The notes beneath the pieces are model-generated. The model saw only the letters and a list, made by a program, of their open reading frames with translations. It was not told the origin of the DNA and searched no databases. This document shows positions 39,258-50,144 of a stretch of DNA of 64,000 nucleotides, piece by piece. Origin of the DNA: a virus (taxonomy: Duplodnaviria; Caudoviricetes); IMG/VR virus record IMGVR_UViG_3300021288_000002, positions 1,934 through 65,933 of that record; one strand, written 5' to 3'. The number at the start of each line of letters is the position of its first letter. Within the stretch, counting starts at the first letter, position 1. Both the position numbers and the translations under genes were made by a program.

Positions 39258-39984
39258 CTGGAAATAATTTCTCGTTTGCGGTTTCAGTTAATCCAAGTCT
39301 TTCTTCTACTTTACCGACAACAGCCCATTTTTCAAGGAATGGGAATTTTTTCCAGAAAAATAATCTGTCATTATAATCTTGACTGGATTCTGGGAGTCTT
39401 AGTTGACTTGCGAGGAATCCATCTATAAGTTTTGCTTTTTCTTGACCTGCTAACGCATTGAGGTCTTTTGTCATTTTTTCAACCATTGCTTGTTCTTCAG
39501 GAGTTAATTCTTCTCCTTCTTGTGCTTTGTTGAAAAGTTGTTTTTCGTCTTCACTGTAATCTTTGAATAAGTCGATGTTCATTTCCATATAGTCAACTAT
39601 ACGGGAGTCATCAACTGGTAATATTTCAAAATTAAATTCGTAAACTTGACCTTGATATGTTAAATGAACTCTTAGCATTTTGTTACTTTCATCATTAAGT
39701 ATGTCTAAGAATTCTTTTTCTGTGTTAATTATCGTTACAGTATTTTCCATTGCTTCAATTGTTTCGGTTGGTCTATATTTAGTAATGTATTCACGGTATT
39801 TCTGTAAGGTTTTCTTTAGTAATGTGAACTCATCATCAGTTAATTCAACATGATCCATACACTTAAAGACCACAATCCTTTCCTCTTGAGTCAATGCTTC
39901 TAGAGGCAATTCTTCACATTCAAGTGGGAATTGTGTTTTAAGTAAATGTTTTTCCATTTTTGCTGCTTTTTCATCAGGATTCAT
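39250..39984 (-). CDS. tail assembly chaperone
   Basis: Synteny between tube and TMP; acidic helical. Confidence 0.6.
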   Translation of the reverse strand: MNPDEKAAKMEKHLLKTQFPLECEELPLEALTQEERIVVFKCMDHVELTDDEFTLLKKTLQKYREYITKYRPTETIEAMENTVTIINTEKEFLDILNDESNKMLRVHLTYQGQVYEFNFEILPVDDSRIVDYMEMNIDLFKDYSEDEKQLFNKAQEGEELTPEEQAMVEKMTKDLNALAGQEKAKLIDGFLASQLRLPESSQDYNDRLFFWKKFPFLEKWAVVGKVEERLGLTETANEKLFPDG

Positions 39985-40116
39985 ATGCTACACTCCAAAA
40001 AAAAATAAATTAATTTTCTAATCTAAAAAAGAAAATAAATATTCAAAAATCATAAAAAAAAATAAAAAAAATAAAGAAACAAAAATAAAAAAAATAATTT
40101 ATGAAAACTCTCTTTT

Positions 40117-40503
40117 TTAATTTTGTTTCTTATGGTTCCTTGCTTTGATTTTAATACTAAAAGGCTCATTACCATTCTCTTTACTGAGTTCAGTAATACG
40201 AGCACCATACAATACATCATCTTCAATAAGATTACCAGTATCCTCATCAAAATCATAAGACGCAAGAGTACCTTTAACTTTCTTATCATACAATGCTTTA
40301 ATAGGTTTTCTTAAAGCCGGGTCAATATCAGATGCTTCAGCTTCAACAGTTTCTTTACCATCTTGACTATCATAAGCATTACTACTATTAGTAGCAGTTA
40401 AATCAGTAGATTCAGTTTTGAAACTAGTTTTAAAACCACCACATACAATTTCAAGATCATCAAACATTAAAACAGCTTGACTATATCTTACAGTATCAGC
40501 CAT
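40117..40503 (-). CDS. tail tube protein
   Basis: 128 aa beta-rich, directly after the sheath. Confidence 0.7.
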   Translation of the reverse strand: MADTVRYSQAVLMFDDLEIVCGGFKTSFKTESTDLTATNSSNAYDSQDGKETVEAEASDIDPALRKPIKALYDKKVKGTLASYDFDEDTGNLIEDDVLYGARITELSKENGNEPFSIKIKARNHKKQN

Positions 40504-40545
40504 CGTTAATCATCTCCATTTTCTTCTAAAAGAAATATAAAATTT

Positions 40546-41697
40546 TTAATTAGCACTTTTAACAAGCGGATTTCTAATTCTAGCTTTAACATTAATCGCA
40601 TGAGTAGAGTTAACACAAAGAATATCTCCAATTAACTCCATATCATAAGGATTCTGATTAGATTCAACTAATGTCAATTTAGTACCTTCACCAGTATCAC
40701 TGTTATAACCAATGATTCTTTCAGCTTCAACTTCTGCATCAATAATAGCATCAACACGAGTTTGACTTTTAACAATCTGAGAAGCTACCTCATTATTTTT
40801 TACTTGAGGATAAACCGCTTTGAAAATTTCACGAAGCAAATGGTCCGCATTAAATCTGCAATGACCAAGAGCATCAGCAGGTTTCTTTGTAGCTGCATAA
40901 GCAGTTGAAACGGATAAATTGATTCTGCAATAAACATCAGTATCAACAACTTCATCACAATTAATAACAACACCTGCAGCTTGTAAAGCTTCAATTTCTG
41001 CATTAGTTCTTTCCTTGAAAGTTCCAGGTTTCACGGTACGATAAGGTAAGAATCCTGGTTCAACCCAATAAGGTGTAGTACAGAATCTAGCAACAGTTTT
41101 ACCAAATTCTAATGGTTCACAAAGGAAACATCTACTATCTAATATTCCTCCACTAGGAGGGTTTAATGCTATTAATTGTGCATCAGTAGCATCTTCTTTA
41201 GTGAAGAATGCAGTACGTAAGTTTAAATTAGTAGTTTCAGTAGCAATACTTGCCATTGCACCACTAATGAATGCAGATAAAGTGTAATCAGTAATATTAT
41301 CCGCACCAACATAAACTTCCACAATGGCCTTGTTTAATTTTTTAGCATTTGTTAACGCAGTTAACCAACTGGTTTTTGTAGTTCCATCTCCAACGTCAAT
41401 AACATAAATAAAAGGAACACCTAAATCTTCAGTTGTTCTTGGTTCTGATTCCTCAAAGAACTTTTCTAAGAAAGCTAACACTTTATTAGTACTGGTATCT
41501 GTTCCAATACCACCATTAGCAATACTTCGATTAGCTTCTTCAAAGTTTCTGAAAGTTTGAATATTAGTACCATCAACAGGATAAGTTTGTGTACCAGAAT
41601 TTCCGGTTGCACCAATAACTACAGGGATTTTAGCACCAATTCCAACTAACTCTAATTCAGTTGTTTCATCAAAATAAACACCGGGTTTTTTAACCAT
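40546..41697 (-). CDS. tail sheath protein
   Basis: N-terminal KPGVYFDE motif, VVIG, C-terminal sheath-like region. Confidence 0.75.
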   Translation of the reverse strand: MVKKPGVYFDETTELELVGIGAKIPVVIGATGNSGTQTYPVDGTNIQTFRNFEEANRSIANGGIGTDTSTNKVLAFLEKFFEESEPRTTEDLGVPFIYVIDVGDGTTKTSWLTALTNAKKLNKAIVEVYVGADNITDYTLSAFISGAMASIATETTNLNLRTAFFTKEDATDAQLIALNPPSGGILDSRCFLCEPLEFGKTVARFCTTPYWVEPGFLPYRTVKPGTFKERTNAEIEALQAAGVVINCDEVVDTDVYCRINLSVSTAYAATKKPADALGHCRFNADHLLREIFKAVYPQVKNNEVASQIVKSQTRVDAIIDAEVEAERIIGYNSDTGEGTKLTLVESNQNPYDMELIGDILCVNSTHAINVKARIRNPLVKSAN

Positions 41698-41700
41698 AAT

Positions 41701-41910
41701 TTAACCCTCCACGATTTTATTAAATTCAGCTAATGTTAAAGAAGGAGTAATGTCTTCTTTACCATAAACTTCTAATTCATTTTTATATTGTTCTAATAAA
41801 CCAGCACGATGCAAATCCATAATTATTGATGGATAATGCACATCACTTGATTGCACTAACTCCACCAAAGTGAATTTTTCATCGGAGGTTTCTTTCTTTT
41901 TTTTACTCAT
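41701..41910 (-). CDS. small hypothetical neck/tail protein
   Basis: Coupled ORF. Confidence 0.5.
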   Translation of the reverse strand: MSKKKKETSDEKFTLVELVQSSDVHYPSIIMDLHRAGLLEQYKNELEVYGKEDITPSLTLAEFNKIVEG

Positions 41911-42587
41911 AATAATTCCTCATCAACACTTAAATCTTGACTAATAGCCCCACCGATAATATGATAATCATAATAACTGAAAGAAACACGAATAATACTT
42001 CTTAAAACCTGTGGATTCACGGTTGAATCATCCAAATCATAAGCAGGTTCAACATCAAAACTAGGACGAATAATATCATAAGTAGTGAAAATATTCTCAT
42101 AATGATAACCCATAGGGTCAGGGCATTGATGTTTAGCAGTACGTCCATTCTGTACAGTTAAAGCCCTACATTCAGAATCAAGAAAACTACAATTTCCATT
42201 ATGGTATTGTTTGCAGAAACTGTAATGATCTGATTGTATCTTGTTAAAAATAGTTGAGATTTGATTGATGATTTCCTCTCTTTCATCTTGAGAATTACAC
42301 CAGATATTCAGATTCAAACTGATGCTGCGTTCTTCACGTATCATCTGTTGTGAAATCATCCTGTCAGGATGTTCACTATCATATTGTGGATGGTCTTCAG
42401 GAATAACACTATCTTTATTGATAATGTTTTTCTGAATAGTACTGGTTCCACCACTATTATCAATAGTTAAACATGGAGTGTGGTCGTAAGGATAATCTCT
42501 TTTAACTATTTTCACAACAGTTCCATCTTCAAGCAGGACATTATTATAGAGTACTTTCAGTAACATCCTTATTGGTTTAGTTAACAT
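41907..42587 (-). CDS. tail terminator-like protein
   Basis: YPYDHTPCLTI...SLNLNIWC; synteny. Confidence 0.6.
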   Translation of the reverse strand: MLTKPIRMLLKVLYNNVLLEDGTVVKIVKRDYPYDHTPCLTIDNSGGTSTIQKNIINKDSVIPEDHPQYDSEHPDRMISQQMIREERSISLNLNIWCNSQDEREEIINQISTIFNKIQSDHYSFCKQYHNGNCSFLDSECRALTVQNGRTAKHQCPDPMGYHYENIFTTYDIIRPSFDVEPAYDLDDSTVNPQVLRSIIRVSFSYYDYHIIGGAISQDLSVDEELL

Positions 42588-42589
42588 AG

Positions 42590-42943
42590 TTATTCAAGCA
42601 CTCCCATTTTATGTAATTGTGTTTTAAAAGTCCTGCTCATGTAGTTCTCACTACTTAAGCCATTAGCAACTTTTTGAGGATAGTTACGTGCCTTCATTTT
42701 ACTGGTTCCAAAAACAACAAAAGTCCAATATTTAGCATTATTTTTAACCAGTCCCTCTTCATCGGAAATGTCACTTGAATGACTTCTCATCAAATTACCA
42801 GTCTCATAAGGACAAGTTTTTTTACAACGAGATTCTGCCTCAAGTGTAGTATTCTTGATAGTGATGGCTTCACATTTTTTAATAATGGATTTATCCAATT
42901 TCTTATAGAAACTCGGATTGATTTTAACCTCAATATCAATCAT
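42590..42943 (-). CDS. HK97 gp10-like neck/tail completion protein
   Basis: CPYETGNLMRS...YWTFVVFGTSKM. Confidence 0.8.
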   Translation of the reverse strand: MIDIEVKINPSFYKKLDKSIIKKCEAITIKNTTLEAESRCKKTCPYETGNLMRSHSSDISDEEGLVKNNAKYWTFVVFGTSKMKARNYPQKVANGLSSENYMSRTFKTQLHKMGVLE

Positions 42944-43341
42944 ACCATCACCTTTGTAGGTTTGCGTTGTTTTTTCAAAATGAGTTTTGTGTGTCGTGTA
43001 GGAGTAAAATGAGTATTAACCATTGGAGTTCCAACAATCTCATACGTATCAGGTTTGCCTTTAACTTTAACCAGCATTGACGGTTCAACAGTTACATTAT
43101 AATCAATGATTACTTTGTAAGTGTCAGTTAAAATCTCACCAAATTGTTTTAAAGAATCATTAGGACTCATTGGTTGGAAATTACATGGCACAGTATCCAT
43201 TAAATAATACTCTTTCAATGGTTCGTAGTAAGAGTTAAATTCTGTTGCAGATTCAATGTATTGGTATAATTCTAATTCTTCATTTGGGAAAAATACCATA
43301 AACACATCACAACCATTTAACTTTTGAAGAACAAGCACCAT
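42940..43341 (-). CDS. head closure protein
   Basis: Synteny; PCNFQP...YEIVG. Confidence 0.6.
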   Translation of the reverse strand: MVLVLQKLNGCDVFMVFFPNEELELYQYIESATEFNSYYEPLKEYYLMDTVPCNFQPMSPNDSLKQFGEILTDTYKVIIDYNVTVEPSMLVKVKGKPDTYEIVGTPMVNTHFTPTRHTKLILKKQRKPTKVMV

Positions 43342-43891
43342 ATTTTTTCAAAGATTCTAAACGAGCATATATACGATTACCAAGACTATTACTTGTATCA
43401 TAATTAATTGTAGTGTCCATTTCATGTATACTGGAAATGTTACCTTTACTGTTTTCATGATTAGTATCATTGAAAGCATAGAGTAACATGTCAACAATCA
43501 ATGGATCAATTTTAGATGTGACAAATTCTTGAGAAACACAATGCACATATTCAATAACCAACATACCATTGTGGCCATGGTTAAGATAAAAGATACCACT
43601 ATTTTCATCAAGAACATAATCATCACTTGTTAATTCAACATTGTTGATTTTAAAAGAATTAACAGCAGTTACAGGGTAAATGTTTGTTTCAAACAGATCA
43701 CTTTTAAAATGTCTGAGTATTTCTTTTCGAGTCACCGGTTTAATTGCCAAACCAGTCAACTCAATAATCTCATCAACTTTCAAATCAATCCAATCTTGCA
43801 AAACAGAATCATCAGTTAATAATGATTCATCCACGCCTTGTAACTTTAATTTGTTTTTAAGGTCAGTAGGAGTAATTAAATCCAAAGTCAA
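43307..43891 (-). CDS. head-tail adaptor
   Basis: LITPTDLK.KLKL...; synteny after the capsid gene. Confidence 0.65.
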   Translation of the reverse strand: MTLDLITPTDLKNKLKLQGVDESLLTDDSVLQDWIDLKVDEIIELTGLAIKPVTRKEILRHFKSDLFETNIYPVTAVNSFKINNVELTSDDYVLDENSGIFYLNHGHNGMLVIEYVHCVSQEFVTSKIDPLIVDMLLYAFNDTNHENSKGNISSIHEMDTTINYDTSNSLGNRIYARLESLKKYGACSSKVKWL

Positions 43892-44016
43892 ATATAATTC
43901 CTCCTTTTTATAATAATAAATTAAAAATTTAAAAATGTAGAAAAGAAAAAGAAATATTTTTCAATCTATCTACATCTTATTTTTTTTTAACTTTCTGAAT
44001 CCTGTTGGGAAGTATT

Positions 44017-44220
44017 TTATTGAGCATCTTCCAATGCTTTGAGACGTGCAAGGATAGTGCCTGCAGTTTCTTCATCACCAATAGCTTCTTCTAATGCTTC
44101 AACTTTAGTTGCAATAGTGGAATCACCAGCAACAGCAGCATCAATTTCATCAGAAAGAATATTAAATCTAGCTTTTTTATCAGTTTTTTCACTATCAGTT
44201 AAATCATTAAATTTAACCAT
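44017..44220 (-). CDS. small virion-associated protein
   Basis: ORF after the MCP with GGAAGTG RBS. Confidence 0.5.
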   Translation of the reverse strand: MVKFNDLTDSEKTDKKARFNILSDEIDAAVAGDSTIATKVEALEEAIGDEETAGTILARLKALEDAQ

Positions 44221-44263
44221 ATGGCTTCACTTCCTTTAAAAAAAATATTAAAAAGCAAAATCT

Positions 44264-45346
44264 TTATGAGTTAGATTTTGCATTTTTAGTGTAAGGTACA
44301 ACAATAGTGTCCTGGTCATAGTGGATTTTAGCATCCGCTTTAGCAAGACCAACAACTTTGTAACCTAATTCATCAATATCGAATTGGTTTAAGACATCCA
44401 TGTCTCTCATCATACCAAATACAACGTTGGAAGGTTCACCGATGAAAGCATATCTTAATTTGTCCACAGTAGCACCATTACCTTTTGGTAAACCAGTAGT
44501 GGAATCAAATTTCATACTGTCCCATCCGTGACGGGTGTTACGGAGGACATTGTCCTGTTTAACTTCCATACCCATAATCATAGGGATTTTACCATCTTTA
44601 AGAATGGTGTCACCATAATCAGATTCACGAGTTGCAATGTCCCTTACAACTTTACTGTACATTGCAGGAGGAACAATGATGTTAGCATTTTTCATGTTAC
44701 CATCTTGTTCAACATAAAGTTCAGCAGCATTTAATAAACCTTCCAATGCATTATTGGAATAGGTTAATGGTGCAAAACCAGCTGCGTCATTTGTGGCATC
44801 TGCAGCAATAGCTTTTAACTGTGCAAGTAATCCATTAGTCATGGTGAAACCAGTACCTTCACCAGTTTGAGTAGCTACACTAGTGTCGGCGTAGATACCG
44901 TATCTTTCCATAGCAGGACCCATTTCAGTACCAAGAAGACCAATCCATTTAGATAAGAAATCTTCACCTTCAATGTTTTCATCAATGAAGTTCATAGGAA
45001 TAATAGTTTTAGCTTGTAAAGGTTGAGCTAATAACTGTTTCCTTTTCATAATAGGTGCAGTTTCATTACTGGTTAAACCAGTACTTGCACCGGTGGAAGC
45101 GTTTCTTTGAGCATCGAAATCTAAGTCAATACCAAGGTCATCAATATCATGTTGTAATGATCTCATTTGGATTACACGAGATTGTTCTAAGAGTACTGGT
45201 TCATCAGTTACTCTTGTGAAGAAATCTTCAAAAGTTGGTTCAGCCCAACCAGGGTTAAGATCACCAGATGCACTGAATGCTGCATCAGCAAATTTCATAT
45301 TAAAACTGTCTTGATTTAAAATTTTATCTTCAATAGTTGTTGACAT
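44264..45346 (-). CDS. major capsid protein (HK97 fold)
   Basis: G.LNP....FF..V.DEPVLLE; size and synteny. Confidence 0.85.
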   Translation of the reverse strand: MSTTIEDKILNQDSFNMKFADAAFSASGDLNPGWAEPTFEDFFTRVTDEPVLLEQSRVIQMRSLQHDIDDLGIDLDFDAQRNASTGASTGLTSNETAPIMKRKQLLAQPLQAKTIIPMNFIDENIEGEDFLSKWIGLLGTEMGPAMERYGIYADTSVATQTGEGTGFTMTNGLLAQLKAIAADATNDAAGFAPLTYSNNALEGLLNAAELYVEQDGNMKNANIIVPPAMYSKVVRDIATRESDYGDTILKDGKIPMIMGMEVKQDNVLRNTRHGWDSMKFDSTTGLPKGNGATVDKLRYAFIGEPSNVVFGMMRDMDVLNQFDIDELGYKVVGLAKADAKIHYDQDTIVVPYTKNAKSNS

Positions 45347-45483
45347 AAAACATTAACTCCTTTTTCAGTTAATTTACATAAAAAAATGGTTTAAAATCCA
45401 CATTTCTCCTCTTAAAGAAGATGGAGAATTGTAAATATTAAAAAAAATACTTTGATTTTAAAAAAATTAAAAAAAAATAACTT

Positions 45484-46683
45484 TTAGATATATTTTAAGT
45501 TTCTACCAAAAGAATCACGCTTTGGTTTAATAGTTGATTCTTTTTTCTTTTTCTGAGATTCTTGGAATTTTTTGAATTTAGATGGAATAGACTTTTCATT
45601 CAATTGTTTTACAATTTCATCATGAATTTTTTGATTCAATGATTTTTCATCAATCACTTCATCTTCAGTTTCTTTCTCATCTTCTTCAACAATTTCCTCT
45701 TCAGTTTCTTTGGTGGTTTCCATTGAGTCTGTTTCAGGTTCTTTTATACCATCTTCAGATTTAACTTCTTCCTCATTGGTTTCTTCAGTAGTAGATTCAG
45801 TTTCAATGACTTCCTCTTCTTCCTCTTCTTCAGTTAAATCTTTTTCCTCAACAGTTTCCCCATCTTCTTGAACTTCATTAGTGGCCTTGATTTCAGCAAG
45901 AATCTTATCAGCAACTTTTTCAGCAGCTTTAGTTCCTGCAGCTTCAGCAACACCTTCAATTTTAGGTTCAATATTTTCAAGAATACGAGGTTCAATTTCA
46001 GCGCCAAATTCATTCATCATATTTTTAACTAAATCTGTAATTTGAGCAACTTGTTCATCAGAAAAACCAGCAATAGCTTTCTCATCTTTCACTGGGTCTT
46101 CTGGAACTTCCTCAATTTTTTCTTCTTTATTTTCCATATTCTCACCATCATGTATCGCATGATAACATGCACCAGTCAAACAATTGCTGGCTACTAAATT
46201 CAGAGATTTATATTCAACAGTTCCATAAGTATCCCAATTCATCGGAATATAAGTGAGAGTGATCTCTTTCAAATCATAATCCGTAATTAGGATACCATCA
46301 GGAGTTCGTTGTTTGCGTGGGAATCCAGATATGCTGAAACCAAAGTTCATTCCTATGTCTAGGCGTTCTTTGATTCCACTTGCAAACTCTTTGAGTACAC
46401 GAGCTTTTATCCAAAGCTCTTTATCTTTTACCCATGCTTCAACAATAGCTCCAATTCCACCTTCATAATGCCTATTATGGTCTCTGAATAGGTTGAGACC
46501 AGGAGCTTGTTGTGCTAATGATTCAAGTACTTCTTGTGATACTATCTCATTAGCATAATCTTTGTTGGTGGTTGAAGCAACTCCAATTATTGTTAAAGTA
46601 CCATCATCATTTGATTCATAGGATTTAGCATCTAAGGGCAATCCATAGACTTTGTATGATGTGGTGGTTGTTGCAGTTGACAT
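45484..46683 (-). CDS. prohead protease with acidic scaffold-like C-terminus
   Basis: IIGVAST...D...EIV...DH...GFSISG...LKEITL; Glu-rich tail. Confidence 0.85.
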   Translation of the reverse strand: MSTATTTTSYKVYGLPLDAKSYESNDDGTLTIIGVASTTNKDYANEIVSQEVLESLAQQAPGLNLFRDHNRHYEGGIGAIVEAWVKDKELWIKARVLKEFASGIKERLDIGMNFGFSISGFPRKQRTPDGILITDYDLKEITLTYIPMNWDTYGTVEYKSLNLVASNCLTGACYHAIHDGENMENKEEKIEEVPEDPVKDEKAIAGFSDEQVAQITDLVKNMMNEFGAEIEPRILENIEPKIEGVAEAAGTKAAEKVADKILAEIKATNEVQEDGETVEEKDLTEEEEEEEVIETESTTEETNEEEVKSEDGIKEPETDSMETTKETEEEIVEEDEKETEDEVIDEKSLNQKIHDEIVKQLNEKSIPSKFKKFQESQKKKKESTIKPKRDSFGRNLKYI

Positions 46684-47933
46684 AACGCATCACAAAAAAA
46701 ATTTTTTAAAAAGGTTTTGTTCTTCTCACTAATCTTTGAAAGTGATTATTTTTTTTAAAGAACATGCTGACTAAAACGAAAATTTTTTTTTATTCTCTTT
46801 ATTATATAGGAAAAAATGAAAGTTAATTTCCTATATAATTGGAAAGAGAATAAAAAATACACAAATAGCAAAGTTTTGTCGAAATAGTTTTTTTTAGACG
46901 GAGGTTTTATCTTTTCGAGAAAGAAAAAAGGAAAAATGAAGAAAAGAATATTTTTTAATATAGAAACTTGAAAAACAGTTTTTTTTGGAGGATTATATAT
47001 GCAGTACAAAAAAAGGATATTGGTGAAAAAAATATTTATCAATTATTTTTAGCGGTGATAAAATGAAAACAAAAAAATACAAATGTAATTGGAAAAGCAC
47101 AGACGCGAAAAAATGTTTTTTTTATACCTTTTTTCCACCCACTTTTTTTTATTGCATATATTATTATTTTTATCCTTTTCTTTTTTTTCCTTTCTTTTTT
47201 TTATAGAGGTTGCATACTTCATAGACTGACGAACATGTCACGAAAAGAATTTAGACTAGTTTAGCCACTTGGTCTAGGTGGAGTCTTAAAATAGCGAAAT
47301 GACTATGAAAAAAGAAATACTCTACGTTTTCTTTTACATTATTTTTTCCCCAGGAAAAAAAGAGGAACAAAATTTAATAAAAAAATAATGTTTTTATTCC
47401 TCATTTTTCTTTTCCAGGGAAAAAAATATCATGTCAGATATTTTTTCATATCGGAGATTAAAAAATATGGTAGATTAAACATGATCCTTTTTTTAAGAAA
47501 AAAAAATATGGGAAAGCAAAAAAAAGGAGATATTTTTATAATTGTTTTTTTCCTCTCCCATCCATTTTTTCCTTTTAAACTAACAGAAGAATTCTTTTTT
47601 TCACACCAATTTTTTCACAAATTTATACTTCACGTAGATTTTTTTTGTAGAAAAGAGGTAATTATAGGAAATTTTAAACCTAATATAATTACCATACGAC
47701 TAAATTAAATAATTTAAGGAAAAAAGAATAAAAGAAAAAAATTTTTTCTTTTTCCTGAGATTCTTTTTCCCATGTTTTACCCTCATACTCTTTTTTTTTA
47801 GGAGGTCAAAAAGTTTATAGGGATAAAAAAACTCTATATGGATTTTGAATGAAAATTTTTTTCATGTTAAATAGTAGTAAAACTACAAGTAATAATATAT
47901 CAAAAGTTTTATGGCATTGTAACAGTTTCTCTT

Positions 47934-48791
47934 TTATGCTTCCATTGGAGCAGTAGTCATTCTAGTCAAATCAACCACCACAGGAGTATCCTCAGGGAAC
48001 CATAAAGGTTTCTCAACAACAGGACCATAACTGCAACGACAATTAGGATGAACCGGAAGAAGATTCATAGCTTCCTCTAATGAGTAAGGATTATTCTCTT
48101 CCAACTCAATACAATCATCACAAACATTACTATCACCAACAGTAATGATTTCAACCTGCTCAACACCATAATTACTATAAGCTTGAAGTGTACCAGTATT
48201 AACAGCCCTCGCATGCTCAGTACGTGCAATCATACGAGCACGAGCACGAGAACTAATCAACCGGACAACCTCACCTTCTTTATTTTTAATAGGTAAAGGT
48301 TTAATTCCTAAAGCAAGAATATCACGAGTAGTTTCATCCGCACCTTGACCTGCAGCAACAGCATTAAATAATGTCTCCTGAATACCTTCAAACAAAGTAG
48401 TATTCAAATCACGGATTAATTCAAAATTATACTGAGTCACATGATACAAAGCTTCACGGTCAGCAATAGTATAAACAACTTTCTTATGAAGATCACCATA
48501 CCCCAGATGACTACCAACCTGATAAAACTTCCTAATCAAATCTTCACTATTATCAACATTCGAATTAATAATGGTTTGTAATTCTTCTCTAATACCACTA
48601 TTCTTAAAAAACTCATCAATATCAGCTTGACGAGTTCTGAAAAACCTTTTAGCTTCATCAGTACCTAACCACTCACTAACAGTTAACATCTGATTATCCA
48701 AACCATTCAAAAGTTCACGGAGGTATTGTTGCTCACCTCTGGTTAACTTCTTCATATTGGGAATATGCAATTCACTTATATTAGGTATCAT
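47934..48791 (-). CDS. minor head protein (SPP1 gp7 / Mu gpF-like)
   Basis: RARMIARTE...D..VCDDC...PVHPNCRC. Confidence 0.9.
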   Translation of the reverse strand: MIPNISELHIPNMKKLTRGEQQYLRELLNGLDNQMLTVSEWLGTDEAKRFFRTRQADIDEFFKNSGIREELQTIINSNVDNSEDLIRKFYQVGSHLGYGDLHKKVVYTIADREALYHVTQYNFELIRDLNTTLFEGIQETLFNAVAAGQGADETTRDILALGIKPLPIKNKEGEVVRLISSRARARMIARTEHARAVNTGTLQAYSNYGVEQVEIITVGDSNVCDDCIELEENNPYSLEEAMNLLPVHPNCRCSYGPVVEKPLWFPEDTPVVVDLTRMTTAPMEA

Positions 48792-48793
48792 AG

Positions 48794-50125
48794 TTAGAAC
48801 ATCCAGTTTTCAAGTAATCCAGATTTATATAAATTATTCTTATATCTGCGACCGTTCTCTAAGCTTTTCATTCCAAGGTCTTCAGTTAAAATATCCAAGT
48901 TATTATTATTGATTGGGTAATCTCCCCAGTCTACTGGGTCCCATCCGTAATCTTTACGCACTTCATTAACTGTACGTATACCATCACGGACTTGCATGCC
49001 TTCAATGTTAGCACGTTTCAACTCATCCTCAATATCCATTTCGTTAAATTCAAACACTTCATTAAAACCATTACTGCCTAATGCTTTATTGAATGCTGCT
49101 TCATAAAACTTAGCTTTGGCATTCATCACATTTCTGAATTGTTCCTTTTGAGCTTCACCATTACCAGACCCAAGATTTGCAGTTTCAATAATCCCCACAA
49201 TGCTTGGTGGAACACGGAACAATGATATTATCATATCTCTGCACATGTTCATCATATTAACATAATCCATATCCCTATTATTCAAGTTTGCAGATTGATA
49301 TGTTGCTCCTTTGGTGATTAACATTCCACCTTGCTTCCGCACTTGTGCCTGAAGCATGGCTTGCAATCTGCTAATCTCCGCTGCAAACATATCATCATCC
49401 ATATCATCAGGATAGGATAATAATGCTGTTGGATCAATACCTTCATTTTCCATTAGTTTCTGATTATACTCCAATCCAAGAAACATCATGAGTAATGGTT
49501 TCTGTATTTTTTCCAATTTACTGACACCGAATTTTGATTCTCGGAATTCAGTTGATGGTTCATAAATATGAATCAGTTCATCCGGTTCATAACGGATGTT
49601 AGGTTTGTTACGGAATCCATATTGTTCTGTATCATCAAACCAACGGAGTAAACTGGCTGGTACATATTGTAAACCATTGATGATCTGGTAATTATTATGG
49701 TCATAATCAAATTTTTCATAATTGATTTCAATAAAAGTATCTCCAACAAGTTCTTGACTGTTAACTATTTGTTTAATGAAAACTGGGAATGTTAATGATG
49801 ATTCATTACTTTCAGGATGATTAAACAAATTAGTTAAATATCTTACATTGTTAATATTTGCTTGGAATTCATCAGGATTTTTTATCCGGAAACCATTCAC
49901 CAGGAAAGTATCACTGATAGCGTTAACACATGCGTAGACATATGGATTATCTTGAGCTTCTCTGAAGAAACTATAATGCCCTGCAGTTTTATTAGCAATA
50001 TTGAAAAGGAAACGGTAGTCACGAACATATTGTTGGAATAGACTATCCGAATATGGTTTTCGGATTACCGGCATAATTGCATTCCTGAATCTTGATTTTA
50101 AGTTCATTGTAAAATTGTTTAACAT
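48794..50125 (-). CDS. portal protein
   Basis: NPYVYACVNAIS..., LIHI...GVS.L, FRVPPSIVG. Confidence 0.9.
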   Translation of the reverse strand: MLNNFTMNLKSRFRNAIMPVIRKPYSDSLFQQYVRDYRFLFNIANKTAGHYSFFREAQDNPYVYACVNAISDTFLVNGFRIKNPDEFQANINNVRYLTNLFNHPESNESSLTFPVFIKQIVNSQELVGDTFIEINYEKFDYDHNNYQIINGLQYVPASLLRWFDDTEQYGFRNKPNIRYEPDELIHIYEPSTEFRESKFGVSKLEKIQKPLLMMFLGLEYNQKLMENEGIDPTALLSYPDDMDDDMFAAEISRLQAMLQAQVRKQGGMLITKGATYQSANLNNRDMDYVNMMNMCRDMIISLFRVPPSIVGIIETANLGSGNGEAQKEQFRNVMNAKAKFYEAAFNKALGSNGFNEVFEFNEMDIEDELKRANIEGMQVRDGIRTVNEVRKDYGWDPVDWGDYPINNNNLDILTEDLGMKSLENGRRYKNNLYKSGLLENWMF

Positions 50126-50144
50126 TATACATTTCTCCTATTTT

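Noticed and set aside
39240-39260. Programmed -1 frameshift between tail chaperones
   Set aside because: No XXXYYYZ slippery heptamer seen, and the downstream ORF has its own ATG in the +1 frame.
47226-47300. Hammerhead ribozyme (CTGACGA...GAAA)
   Set aside because: No room for stem I or the cleavage triplet, and the stem II closing pair is not formed; kept only as a generic structured candidate.
46755-47708. ORFs 46755-47042(-) and 47388-47708(+)
   Set aside because: Translations of poly-A/T tracts (F/K/I/L-rich) with no RBS; treated as non-coding.
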